64,000 nt of DNA from the human T2T-CHM13v2.0 reference genome, Homo sapiens. The number at the start of each line of letters is the position of its first letter. The first letter of the stretch is position 1. The translations under genes were made by a program, and so were the position numbers. Below, one piece after another: positions 1 to 13,400 of this stretch. The notes under the pieces were generated by a model. It worked only from the letters and a program-made list of their open reading frames with translations. It searched no databases and was not told the DNA's origin. The stretch lies in assembly GCF_009914755.1 (NCBI RefSeq), contig NC_060928.1; one strand, written 5' to 3'.

Positions 1-544
1 CAGAAGCCTATAAGTACATAAAATACAGCGACCACTGCGACATTTTAAGTCTACCAAGCTGTTTGCCCCTTGACAAATATCTTCTACATGCCCAAAGAAA
101 GCCTGGATCATAGATTTTAAATGACCTCCAAAGCCACTTGCCTACCTGTTGAGCAGACCATCAAATTCAGAGCTCCAGTTTTAATTACCAAATTTACCTC
201 TTTCTGACCAAACCAAAAGAGAAAAGTCAACTCAGGGCACGTCTTTCCAGCCAAACCAAGAGAAAGGTCAACTTCAAAGAATTTAAAGAAGCAAGAACCC
301 ACAGTGGATCCTCAGGCTTTTAATACCTTACAAGAGAAGGTCTTAGCGAATGGGAGTACTAAATAAAAGTGGGACACTAAAACATCGGGTGATGTGTGGA
401 CACCTGATTGGCTGGACATGAATAAGTCAGTGTTGTGTGACAGAAGGAAGAGAGAACTTAATGTCAGAAACCTTAACGTCTTTTCCTTCGTTTATTATTC
501 AACAAACATTTATAACTGGGTACCCCCTGAGTGGCAGGTGCTAG

Positions 545-760
545 GTTCAGGTCCTTCCTCCACCACTCACTGACTGTGGGACTTTGGGTAAATCATTTAC
601 TCTTTCAGGGGGCTCACTTTTCCTATTTAAAACTTTTTCATGGGGTTCACTTTTCCTATTTAAAATCAAAAAACAAAATCTGGCCTTCTTGTTTGTTGCA
701 AGGGGTTTTATGGTGAGGTACCAATGAGATATTTGTGGAAGCACTTGTAATACATAGCCT
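545..760 (+). mobile_element. MIR SINE with an internal tandem duplication of about 32 nt
   Basis: MIR core-like text (ccaccactcactgactgtgggactttgggtaaatcatttac...cacttttcctatttaaaa); cacttttcctatttaaaa occurs twice in tandem. Confidence 0.65.
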
Positions 761-869
761 TCTCTATAAGATAAATGTCAGTTATTCCTTTGTGCTATTC
801 CAAAAATTATTTTTGCTCTTAAAAGAGGTAATGTCTACATTAGAAGAAAACAACTCAAAAGAACAATAG

Positions 870-1000
870 TCTGTATTAATATTTCAGCGCTTCGTATACA
901 CCAGGCAAGCATTACACATATCATCTCATGTAATTCTCACAAAACAATATGAAGTTGCTATTATAATCCTGGTTCCTGTTTTACAGGTGACCAAGGGAGG
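870..1000 (-). mobile_element. MIR fragment
   Basis: tatcatctcatgtaattctcacaaaacaatatgaagt...cctgttttacaggtga resembles the MIR reverse complement. Confidence 0.55.
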
Positions 1001-1030
1001 ATGAGCAACACCTTAAAATAAGAAAGCCAG

Positions 1031-1150
1031 CGTAGTGGTGATGGTTTCAGAACACTGTGAACGTACTTAACGCCACTGAATCTTACACTTACAAATGGTT
1101 AAAGTGATAAACGTTATGTGTATTTTACCACAATAAGAATAAATAATAAA
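1031..1150 (+). mobile_element. Very short 5'-truncated L1MB-type 3' end
   Basis: gtagtggtgatggtt...acttaacgccactgaa...tacacttacaaatggttaaa...ttttaccacaataa followed by an A-rich tail; aaagccag on both flanks (TSD). Confidence 0.75.
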
Positions 1151-3951
1151 AGCCAGGAACCAAAGCCAGACAGTATGCAAATACCTTAAGAGGTGAGATC
1201 ACAGGGCCATGCCAGTTATCTCAGACTAGCAAAGACAGGCATTTATTTTTCTAAAACAAATAGGCATTTGTAGATCTATAGTTTTATCTACTTACTTTTT
1301 AGTGTTTAGAAAAACTGAAGTTTGTGTACTCAATGTCAAGCAATTTTATTGATTATTTGATCTCTAACTGTGGCTCTCCTGGACATGAGTTAGATGCATG
1401 ATCTCCTCAAGGGAATTTATCTCCACGAACTGGATACATAGAGTTTTAAAAACAAATATCTGATATTCTATTTTCTGATTCAAACCAAAGTATTTTGCTT
1501 TATTGTAACTTTAGTTAAACTTTTACGTTGCCAAACTAGAATTATTCATGAAATTCTCAAAACTATATTGGGTTACATGTATTTAAACCATGTTCCGTGA
1601 AAATATAAATGATCCTATAACATTTGCAACCTAATCGTAATTCATTTTATAACGGCAATCTCAAAACACGTTTGTTAATTGTGTTAATTATATCACTCTC
1701 GTTGACTTTCTCAGCTCACTTTCCCTTTTGGTGAAGAGATACTTATGACATTTAGTGTTTAATGTCATTAGCTTTTTTTCTGAATAAGGGTGGGAATATT
1801 GTTCAGCAATTTTGAAATCTAACAGGAATAAATGCAGGATGTGGAGGCATCTGTTGACTATACACATGCTGAAGAATCACAGTTGTTAAGAAATAACAGC
1901 AATCTAAAAGGGAAAGGAGATATACTGGGGGAAAAAATGGTCCCGGAGGGTTAAGAGGAGGTGCTTTGGCAGATTGCTCTGCCCAGCATGCTGTAGTAGC
2001 CCTTTCCAAAGCATATTGGCAAACTATGCTGAACGATCTTGATAAGGGAGATTTAATTAAAATGCTGTAAGCGTAAGATCTCTGCCTTCGTGCTATAGAA
2101 GATTTTGTTGAAAGAATCTTATTACAAACCTAGCAGGATTTTTTAAATGTTTTATTCACTTGTAGCCATCCCACTGATTACAGTTGGAAGTATAACACAA
2201 CCAGTTGGTTCTTAATAAGGGCTTTTAAAAATCACAGCATGTTCTTCAGTCCCTTAGTACAGGATGAATGTGACATCAGGGACACAAATATCATTACCTT
2301 GATAAATTACTGATGGCATAATGATTATGGAAATCGTCATCCACTGATCATCAGTCACAATTTATTTCAAATCAATGTCTACAATTTGTAGCCTGGATGG
2401 AAGTTTTATCAAAACCCCCTCTGGTATAGTACAGCTCTTGGTAGCTAACTTCCTCCTAAGAGCATTACAGCCTTGTCATACTTCATCTGCTGTTCATGAA
2501 TGGAACCACTCAATGATTCCATGGCCTCAAGCAATCCGAATTAGTCAGAAGAACACTGGGCTACCACACACTCATAGGCAAGCTCGTTCAGAAAAGCAGT
2601 TAATTTAAGAACCAGCAAATGTGCCAAACTACGGTATCTTTCCCTAGACACAGAGTTTCCCATTTTTTTCCCCTTTCCAACTGGCAATAAATGGTAATGT
2701 TTGACTTTACTACACTGTTAAATTGCAAATAAATTGTTGCCGAATCATGCCATAATAGACGTTTATGTCTTTAAAGCAATCTCTGTACCAGGAAACATAA
2801 TCTGCATGCCTTTGTCTGAGACTTGGTAGTGTTCCATTACTCTTTTCCAACACATTTAACATTTCAAGTAATTTTAGGTCAGTAGGGCCCAAGAAGTCAA
2901 TCCCTGTGGTATTCTTATGTAATATTTTTCTACTTTTTAAATTGGTCATCATTTATGAAGGATCACAAAATGATCAATGTCAGTGCTAGCTAGTGATGAA
3001 CTTATGTGAAGAATACTCTGTCCCCAAAAGGCCGCCTTCTCAGATTAATAATAGAGACTACAGAGTACGCGTTAGCTAGCATAAGGGTTTGATTGGAATA
3101 TTGGCAAGAATGGATTTTTTTTTAAGGCCGTGTTTTCTACTTTTGCTTCTTTACAGGAAAACTGAAATAATTGGTTGGGTATATACTGTGGTTGAGATAG
3201 ACAAGCGAATATGGAGAAATATAACAGAAAATAAACATACAAGAACTGAGTTCTGTTCTGTTTTGTGAAATAACGTTGATGCAATATTATTTTTAGAGGG
3301 AAGAAGATGATATTCACATAAATGGGCCAGTGGAAGTAGGTTGAAGTAAAATTTAACATTTAACTTGTTATTGTGTTATTAGACACTGTAAGCTTTCTTT
3401 GTGTTTTGGATAAAGTTTGGTAGTAGTAACATTACTCCTTAATTTTATAGTTCTACTTTCAAAATACCACATGAAATTAGACACTTGACAGATGTTTTCT
3501 AATGAAGATAAGGTAAGATTACTAGCTCAAGTTTAAGATTGGCATGTACTTCTCTAAACTTATATAACAATTCTCAAAAGCCCAACATGAAATGAGGAAA
3601 ATTGAGGCAATATTAATGATTCATCACTTATTAAGTGTCAGTTATGATTCAAGCATCCTGCTTACCATCCCAAGTACGTTATTTTTGGTAACTCTCAGAA
3701 GAACCCTACAGGGGTTTGTTTGGCTCCCAATTTCAAATAAGGAAAGTGAATCATAATTGCCTAAGATATTGAAAAAGTGTAGTGGGCAGATCTATTTGAA
3801 CTTAAGGTTATTATTCTTCATGCTATGCTAAATTCCTTGGAACATGAATGATATTTAAGATGTAGAAACTAGTTAAGTCTTGCTTTTCAAATCTTTATGT
3901 GACTAGTATTTATGGAGTGTTTGTCATATTAATAGTTGTATATCAAGTGCT

Positions 3952-4373
3952 ATGAAGAAAGAAAGAAAACAGAAAATGAGAATAAAGGAAGGAGAGAAAG
4001 GGAGAGGATGGAAGGAAAGAAGAGAGGGAGGGAGGGAGGATAGGAGGAAGCAAGGAGAGAAGGAGGTAGGAAGGAAGAAGGGAGGAAGAAAGGAAGGAAA
4101 AGAGGGAGGGAAGGAAGAAGAAAGAAGGAAGGAACAAAAGGAGGAAGGAAAAGAGGGAGGAAAGAAGGAGGGAAGGAAGGAAGGAAGGAAAGGGAAAGAA
4201 GGAAGGAAAGGAAGAAGGAAGGAAGGAAAGGGAAAGAAGGAAGGAAAGGAAGAAGGAAGGAAGGAAGGAAAGGGAAAGAAGGAAGGAAAGGAAGAAGGAA
4301 GGAAAGAAGGAAGAAGGAAGGAAGGAAGGAAAGGGAAGGAAAGGGAAGGAAAGGGAAGGAAGGGAGGGAGGGG
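3952..4373 (+). repeat. Compound (GGAA/GAAA/GGGA)n polypurine microsatellite
   Basis: About 420 bp GA-rich; 4136-4373 has no pyrimidine on the + strand. Explains the low-complexity ORFs at 3924-4437. Confidence 0.95.
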
Positions 4374-5129
4374 CACATGGTCCCAGACCTTGAGGAATTT
4401 ACAGTTACCCCTACCTCAATGTTCTCCTTCCTCTTAACTTCCCAAGGAAATCTGGGACCTTGGACAAATCTTTTCTGAGCACCAGCAACATGCCAAGACC
4501 TATAAATCTAAAGCAGTCCTCGGTATTCCCCCCGGCTTCATCTGCAAAGCCTCCTCTGCCTTCTAAGTGCATGAGCTCTATCAATGACACCCCCTTCTTC
4601 CCAGTCAACCCATTTGAGATTTTATTATTGCCTGCACCTACTCTCTCCAATATCTCATGAATGAGTAAATCTTGCTGATTTATCTTCTGTAGTGTACCCT
4701 ACATAGATGTTTCCCTTTTTGCCCATTCCATCAATGCCCGTGCCTTATGCACTGGCAATAGTGCCGAATTGTTTCTAACAAAGTTATAAGTGATTTGGTG
4801 TGATTGTCCCTCCAGCTGATACTTCTGGGATGACTTCTTGGTGTGGCGTGAGGTTCTGTGGTCCCAGTCCTGTGTGATTCCCTGGGCAGGCTGCTCCTCC
4901 TGGACTGACAGGCATACTGGCTCTCTCTGTTGTATTTATCTTGAATCCCTAGCTTCTGCTCTGTACACACCAGAGGAGGTCGGCACTCAGCATAAGGATG
5001 GTGAAGTGAAGTCTGGGCCACGGCAGCACCTGGACAGAGTAGGAGGCAGCACCACAGTGGTTATAGCGACAGGCAGACTTGGGTTTCAGGGCTTATTCTG
5101 TCACTTACTTGCTGTGTACTTTAGGCAAG

Positions 5130-6090
<961 letters not shown>

Positions 6091-6254
6091 GTCCCCTTCC
6101 CAAGCCAGGCCATCACACTTATAGCCAAAACTGGACCCAGCGATCCTGAACATATGCTGCATTCAGCTACTTCTAAATATCTAGAGTATTTTTAAGTGTT
6201 TAAATAACTATTCACATGTATTAAAATCATTTAATTTTGGCATGTGTATATTAT

Positions 6255-6353
6255 GTTGAGACAGGGTCCCACTCCGTCACCCAGGCTGGAGCGCAGTGGT
6301 GCAATCACGGCTTACTGCAGCAGCTCAACAGATCTTCCCACCTCAGCCTCCTG
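6255..6353 (-). mobile_element. Truncated AluJ right-arm fragment
   Basis: gagacagggtcccactccgtcacccaggctggagcgcagtgg...; flanked by aattttggcat(g/a)tgt direct repeats. Confidence 0.85.
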
Positions 6354-6599
6354 AATTTTGGCATATGTGTTGATATGCAATAAATGAAGTTTAGATTTAT
6401 AGGTTTTGCAAATTCAGCCCAAATACTTTGCAAGATTTATTTGCTTCATTCCTTGCCTTGCTCTTACTTTTAAGGATGTTATTGGAAAATTTGTGGGGGG
6501 CAGAAATTAGGGGTTTTGGTAATGAACCAGCTATTTCTAAAGGACACTAGTGAGGCACATCAGATGCTGGGCTAATGCTTTGTGTGTTAGAGTAGCCAT

Positions 6600-7170
6600 C
6601 GTTATATCAACCAATAGCTATTTATCCAGTGCCGGACAATACAAGATACTGGGCTAAAAATGGTAGGAGACACAGAGAAGCATGTGATACGTTCCTGCTC
6701 TCATGGAGCTTGAAATCTCATGCAGAGCCAGGATGCGTTTGCAGAACAGGTAATCCTACCTGACAGCTTGTGCTAAGATCCAGACCAGCGCTGAAGGATA
6801 TGCCAGGGGATGGAGGAGGGGAGCACCCCAGACAGTGAACAGCTTGAGGAGATGACAGCAAAAGAAGAAAGGTACAGCTTTTTCAAAGGTGATTGACTAG
6901 ACGGGCCAGAGAATTCACATGGACTGCTACATTGTAAGGGAATAGTGGGAAATGAGGCAAGAAAAGAAAATTGAAACCAGTTGTACAGGGGGCTTAATGC
7001 CTGGCCAAGGAATGTGAGCTTTGTACTGTTGGTATTGGGCAGCTCTTGAAGGGTTTGGGGCAAGGGAGTGACATGATGAAAAGGTATTTGGGAAGATTAA
7101 TCCAACAGCTGTGTGCCAGACAGGCAGGAGAGGAGGCAGGAAGCAGCTGCTGTAGGTGATCTTCAGTTGA
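6600..7170 (-). mobile_element. L2 LINE fragment
   Basis: cctgctctcatggagcttgaaatct and ggcagctcttgaagggtttggggcaagggagtgacatgat match L2 reverse-complement motifs. Confidence 0.6.
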
Positions 7171-7247
7171 GGGGCGTGTTGGTCTTGTTGGTTCTGGGTT
7201 TTCAAAGTAAAATAATTTTACATATATGTCAAAATTCCCTCATTTTT

Positions 7248-7407
7248 GGCCACGCGCCTGTAGTCCCAGCTACTAAAGGAGACTGAGGCAGGAGAATCAC
7301 TTGAACCCAGGGGGCAGAGGTTGCAGTGAGCCGAGATCGTGCCACTGCGCTCCACCCTGTGTGACAGAGTGAGACTCGGTCTCAAAAAAAAAAAAAAAAA
7401 AAAAAAA
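7248..7407 (+). mobile_element. AluS right monomer only, with poly(A) and TSD
   Basis: cgcgcctgtagtcccagctact...gagactcggtctc(A)n; TSD aaa(t)tccctcattttt on both sides. Confidence 0.92.
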
Positions 7408-10400
7408 TCCCTCATTTTTCCTTATGCCATATGAACTATCTGACGATATGATAGCTTTTATCAAGAAGTGTCCTTTCTTTATATAGCATTTAAAAATAGT
7501 CCCTTTCTAGAAAAATTATTCACCCTTTTCTCCATTATTTTCTTGAGTAATAGTGACAAGCTAATAAAAAACTGACAAGGAAACAGCAAAAAAGTAGGAA
7601 ATTATGAAAACAAGTGAGTGTTTTGCTAAGGAAATGTTTATTACTGTGGTTCTCATCATTATGAGTTAATTACAGGCTCTCAGCAAATATCCCATTGTGA
7701 ACTCAGAGGTGCAATATGTTTTATTTGAGAAAGTGAAATAGTGATTTCCTTTCCAGTATTCAGTTGCATTTCCCGCTATTTTAAGACTACTCAGTGGTAC
7801 CAATGTACTTTGACAACCAATTATCCCAGCATGTCTTTGCAGTGTATTTTAACTATAATGCTTTTTAAAAGCTTGAATTGCAAAAACAGAGTTTTATCTT
7901 AATTGATCATATGCGTTTCTAGAATTGTCTAAATACTACTTGTGTGATATCTGAATAACTTAACTAATTTACATGAGCAGAAAAAAAAAACACCTGTTGG
8001 AGTAAGACACACAAAACTTCCTTCAAAGCTATTATTTGTCATTTTTTTCCTCAGACTTTCTTTAATGTCTTGACTCTTAAGAAAGAATGACATGTAGTCC
8101 CTGAGTTCTGGCCAAAATAAAGAATAAGATGTCCCTTAGACCATCCCTGGGAACTCATAATCTGATTTCCTAAAGCCAGTTGCCATCTGATTATTACCAT
8201 TACAGGCAATGCAAACCTTAGACTTTGCCCATATCATCTTATTCTGCCTGGTTCCATCTGAAACCTGCTTTCAAGAATGGCATGGTACACACTCTATAAG
8301 CAAAAGGTGACTTTACAGAGTAGGAATTCTCCCGGTTAATGTCGCCTTAAGCGCCTGTTAACTACAATGCATTGTTTAAAAGCTGACATCTGTGATTATT
8401 TCAGGCACAGGGCCATTGCTTAATTTACTTTGGTTTGATTTTTTTTTTCTCTCCGCCCTCCCAGTTGGCTTCTCCAGAAGAGTAAAGCCAGACAGTAGTT
8501 ACTGCTTTGGAAAGAAATGATAAGCCGAGCACTTTGGAATGCATTTTTCTAACGCTCCTTCGCCAAGTGTTACATGACTGTATCAAATTTCTTTAGACTT
8601 TGATAATGAGAAACAGACAATGCCATAGACAATACAACCAAGAGATTTGTGGTAATAGAGGATTTCAGAAATACACATGGTTCTAAATGGCTCTGAGATT
8701 ATGTGCTTAAAGTTCTCCATCTTTTATTTTTTTCATGTTTGAGTAGACCCTACGGTTGATTATCAGGTTGACGAAGGGCAGAGGCCCTGTCTGCTGATTA
8801 TAAATGTGCAATGTGTGTAAAATTTTCACACATAATATAATATTTCAAAGTTATTTTTATGGGGGCTCCGGGGTCCCAGAACTTAAACAAAGCTGCTAAT
8901 CATTGGCTCCAAGAAATACTTAGAAGGAATCATAGTTTTTTTAACATCATATGGAGTCATTTGCAGACTTTTGGGCTGCAGATCACATTATGTTTATTTA
9001 TTCAGCTGGCTTTGGAGATTTGAGCAATATTTGGAGGCACACAAGTCTTTGCCTTGCTTAATAAAAAGTATACTCAAAGGTATCGCTCCAGCATTTTTAT
9101 ACACAAAAGATTCTCACAAACAGGGGTTGATATCGAAAAAAATGTAATTTTGAAATTAAAAAGAAAGAAACTAAACAATCCTGGGGAAAAACATCATCCA
9201 GCGGTATCTTTCTTAAGAAATCTTCAGCAGGCCTTGTGTCCCTTGTGCTATAAAGCTTGAAAATACGTTATTATCTTTTACAAGAACACTGTAAACTGTA
9301 ACTTGCATTATTCTTTGTGATCATCTACAACACACAAGACCTGGCTCACCTTTTAAGAATAGTCATTTAACACAGGATGTGTAATTTTGTTGGCATTATT
9401 AGTAGAGCTTTATGTCACGAAGTCAATTCAGTCTTTTCCATGAAAGAAGGTGGAATAAATATTTCATAGCTATGGCTTTTGAGGAACATTCCGCCTTTCG
9501 ATCTTGAGGCAGTCTTTCAACATGTATGCCAATCAGAAGTCTTTAACAGATGTAAAATACATCTTGTTTACTTGTCTTTGAAAAATATAAGGATCTCAAG
9601 ATGCACCTGAAATATTCATTATGTGGACAATACTTCAAGCAGGGCTAGAACTTGCTGAGTGTTTCAACCACTGCCTATTTGTTCAAGTTTTTTCTCTTTT
9701 TCTGGTTTTCCTTTTTCTTTCTTTTTTCTTTCTATCTTCCAACATCCCTAATACTTCTAAGTCCATGACTTGTCAAAATGGCTATAATATACCCAGATAA
9801 GTAAATTTATTGATAGCATTTAACATCTCAAACATTGTCTTTGATTTGGTTAGCTCCGTGATGGTTTAATGGAAGAATATATTTTGTACCATGAAAATAT
9901 TTCTTTTACTTCTATTTTTCCTCTTTTTCTTTTGACCAACGTACCCCAGTTATTTTAAGTAATCACTTTATTGTGAAATTATCCTTTGTGTGAGTTTCTC
10001 TGTTAACATACAATTAGTATAGGATAATTTCACTGTCAGCAAGATAACTCATTTGTGGAATTTTGCCACAGTGATTTCTGTATTCTTTGCTTTGAGTCTC
10101 TATGAGAAATATCCCCACAGATTGAACCCATGACCTCCTCTTCTGATCTATGCTCACCTGTTCAATATTGGTTTGTATTTGGCTTGGGTGGAAACTGTTA
10201 AATTTTGTGTTAACGTTTAAGACGTGTTTTGTAGATACTGTCATTATTTGATAAGGTGTTACAAAGTGATATCTCTTCAAAGCATTTCTTAAAGACAAAA
10301 TAGATATTTAATTAAGCTTAAAAAGGAGCAGGATAATGTCTTTTAATTATGCAAACTTAACACACACAAGCGCACACACACACACTTTTCTACAAATATG

Positions 10401-13400
10401 AAACTAGGGAGAACTGCATGTAAAAGAGCTTAGGGTCACGAAAGGCCATAAACTAAAACCATTTTCCCATATGCTACTATATTTCTCATAAAATGCAATA
10501 GAACATTTAGAATTCCTGTAAATCATTTTATTTTATCTGGTAACACACTAAAATATATTTTCAATTTCCCTTTCCATCTCTTTTTATCAATACCACCGTT
10601 TTCTTTTTTCTCACCCCAATCTAAGCTTTTAAGCTTCATTAACAAAAGTGCCTCCCTGCAGAAAAAAAATATATCTCAAGCTTTGTCACAGAGCCAACTG
10701 CTATGAGAAGCAAGACAAAAAGGGAGCAAAACAAAACATATTTTCAGGTCTTACGATGTGCCAGGCACTGTAGCAAATTTCTTTTCCATGTGTTTTCTCA
10801 ATAAAAAATGGAATAAAAACGATGTGTTTTTCTAAATTGCTACTTCATTATATTATATATGACATTGTATTATATTTCTTCTATTATCGTTCCTCAATTA
10901 TTTTGATGACTAGACTATTATGTCCAGTTTAGAGCAATAGAGCACTGTTCCCAGGGAATAAAACATATGAAACATGAAAGGTAACTCTAGTGGATTTAGT
11001 TTTTTATAAAATAGTCTATCCCATAAGAAGTAAAGAATATCCTGGTTCTCACTGAAGTTATTGATGGACAAAAATACAGGTACAAACAAGAGAAATTTAG
11101 CTCAGACATCAGAAAGAATGCTCACGTGAATCATGTCTTTCACAAATACGCATGAAAAATGTTAATACTTTTGGGGTGTTTTTATGAGAAACTAGGTAGG
11201 TATATTTGTGGGCTGATTTATATACATTCTTAACTTTTATAAGTGCTACCTTAACCCTAATTTAATACTTTGAGAATTTGAAAGAATAGAGCTCAGAATA
11301 AAATTAACAGTTCAGTGAATATATTAATTTCACCAAGGCAAAGATGAATTAGATGGCTTCTAGGACAGTGTTTGTTCCTTTGTCTTTTTAACCCAACATT
11401 CATACTTCTTCAAAGAACTGTAAGCAATGCATTTTTAACAAAATCACAATGACTCTGCTACTCTCATGAAGATTGATTTATTAATACTGACTACTAAATA
11501 AAAATGTCAAAGACAGTAAATATCATGCATAAAAAGCATGAAGAAACGCTCCATTGGTTTGAGGACAAATAGGAAATGTAATGTACATTCTGGGTAGAAA
11601 ATGCATTTCTAGTAATGTTAGGTAAAAACAAATTATAGGCAAAAAGTTAATGGTTCTCATGATACCTGAATAAGAAGGCAAAATTGAAAGAAATTTGGGC
11701 TCTCTGCAATATACAAACAAGTGAGTTACCTGCCCTTTACACTCGTCCTTGGGTACCCAGTTCCCTTAAGCCTTTCTCCTGGGTCCAGAGATCTAAGGGT
11801 AGTAGGCCACAGGCAAGAATCATTATTGCAGGTCCCCTACTTATGAAACTTTTTGTGTGCTAACTTCCATCTCTTTATGGAAGTTAGCCTCTTGATTGTG
11901 GCTCACTTACAGATATACATACCCCAGACTATTTCCATTTTCCAAGCGAAAAAGACCCCATAGTAACAAAATACTTTGGGATAAACAAAATAACAATCAA
12001 CATATTATAATATAGTACCAACACAGCACAGCCCATGATGAGCAAATATAAAATCTAATAATAATGTCACAAATATGTTAATTCATGTCAGTTTGCAACC
12101 AAAACAGCCGTAATAACCACATATGCCTTCCTAGATTTCAAGAACTCTAACAAGTTTCATGTGAACATGAATCACAGGACCACTGCAAGGCTCTCGGGCA
12201 TGAGGTTGTAATCAAACGTCTTAGTGGAATCCTGGCTTAGAGTTCTCAGTTAATTCTGGTAACACACTAGTATTAGTTGATGAATAGCATCTTCCACCAA
12301 CTCAGCAAATACTAGTGAGTATCCATTAGCCTCTGTGAAACTGCACATTATTCAACTATAAGAGGCAAAGAACTATCAGTTCTGTCCATCAGGCTGAACT
12401 TTGAATTTCTGCAGGAGTATAAGGGTCATATACTTTGCATTTGAGGGATTTCAGCATCAATGCACTGATAATGACCTGATTGAGTCAGAAGCTGTTCCCA
12501 GATGGAGATTTCATTTTCACCCCGTCTACTTGGGTGCCAATGGCTACAGACTTGAATAACCCAGGAGACAAAAAGAGAGAGAGAGAGAGAAAGCAAAAAA
12601 GAAAAAGAAAGAGAGTTGTGTCTCAGTAAGCCAGCAACGGTCTATCATCTGAATAATGATCTACCTTACTATACAAAACATCTTATAATCAGAATCCAGT
12701 TAGACCACGAACTGGGAAACCGGTGTGGGTAACAACTAGAGCTGACAGCAAAGTAGTCAGTGGTCAAATGAGCTGAGATATGGATCAGAGCCAAATAAAA
12801 TAGGGGAGTTCTGATAGGATGACAACAAGCTGATGGGTTAAACCGCCCGTATAGGTATGAACTGAGATCTTAGAGCCCTAATATTCCAGATGGGGAATCT
12901 CGATGCCCAGCAATTCCTTAACTAGAGCTTTGTGTGTTACATTGCTCTCACCCATTTAAGTCAGTGTTTTACAGAGGGCACCCTCCTTTTCCCAAGACTC
13001 TGAATTATCAAAGCCAAATTAGCAAACCGCGTCTTTCATTACTTGTTCTCCACTTGCTCTACAGTGAGCTGATTCTATGGCTCAGATAAAGGCTTGGTGA
13101 CACCTGCTTGTCTGAACATATCAATCCACCCTTACAAAGTAATACAAAGTGTGTTCTAATGTGAAATAACTATTGCTTATCCTGTTCTAATTTCCAGTTA
13201 CACTATTCAAATACTACTGGAGTTGACTTACAAGCATCTTTCACCATTCTTTGGAGCTTACAGATAGAAAAAGTGTTTAATAAACTTCACCTGAGTAACA
13301 AGGCAAGCTGTGCTGGCTGTCGATTGCCAATACGCTGTTTGGATATTAGCTTAGAGCACGGGATTTAGATCTTACTAGCTGTTGTGAACAGTTGTCATTC

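Noticed and set aside
3924-4437. Longest ORFs in the track (142-161 aa, K/E/G/R- or P/S/F/L-rich)
   Set aside because: They are translations of the GGAA microsatellite, which lacks stop codons.
10536-12269. 15-mer tctggtaacacacta occurring twice
   Set aside because: A few 15-mer matches are expected by chance in 64 kb, and the similarity does not extend.
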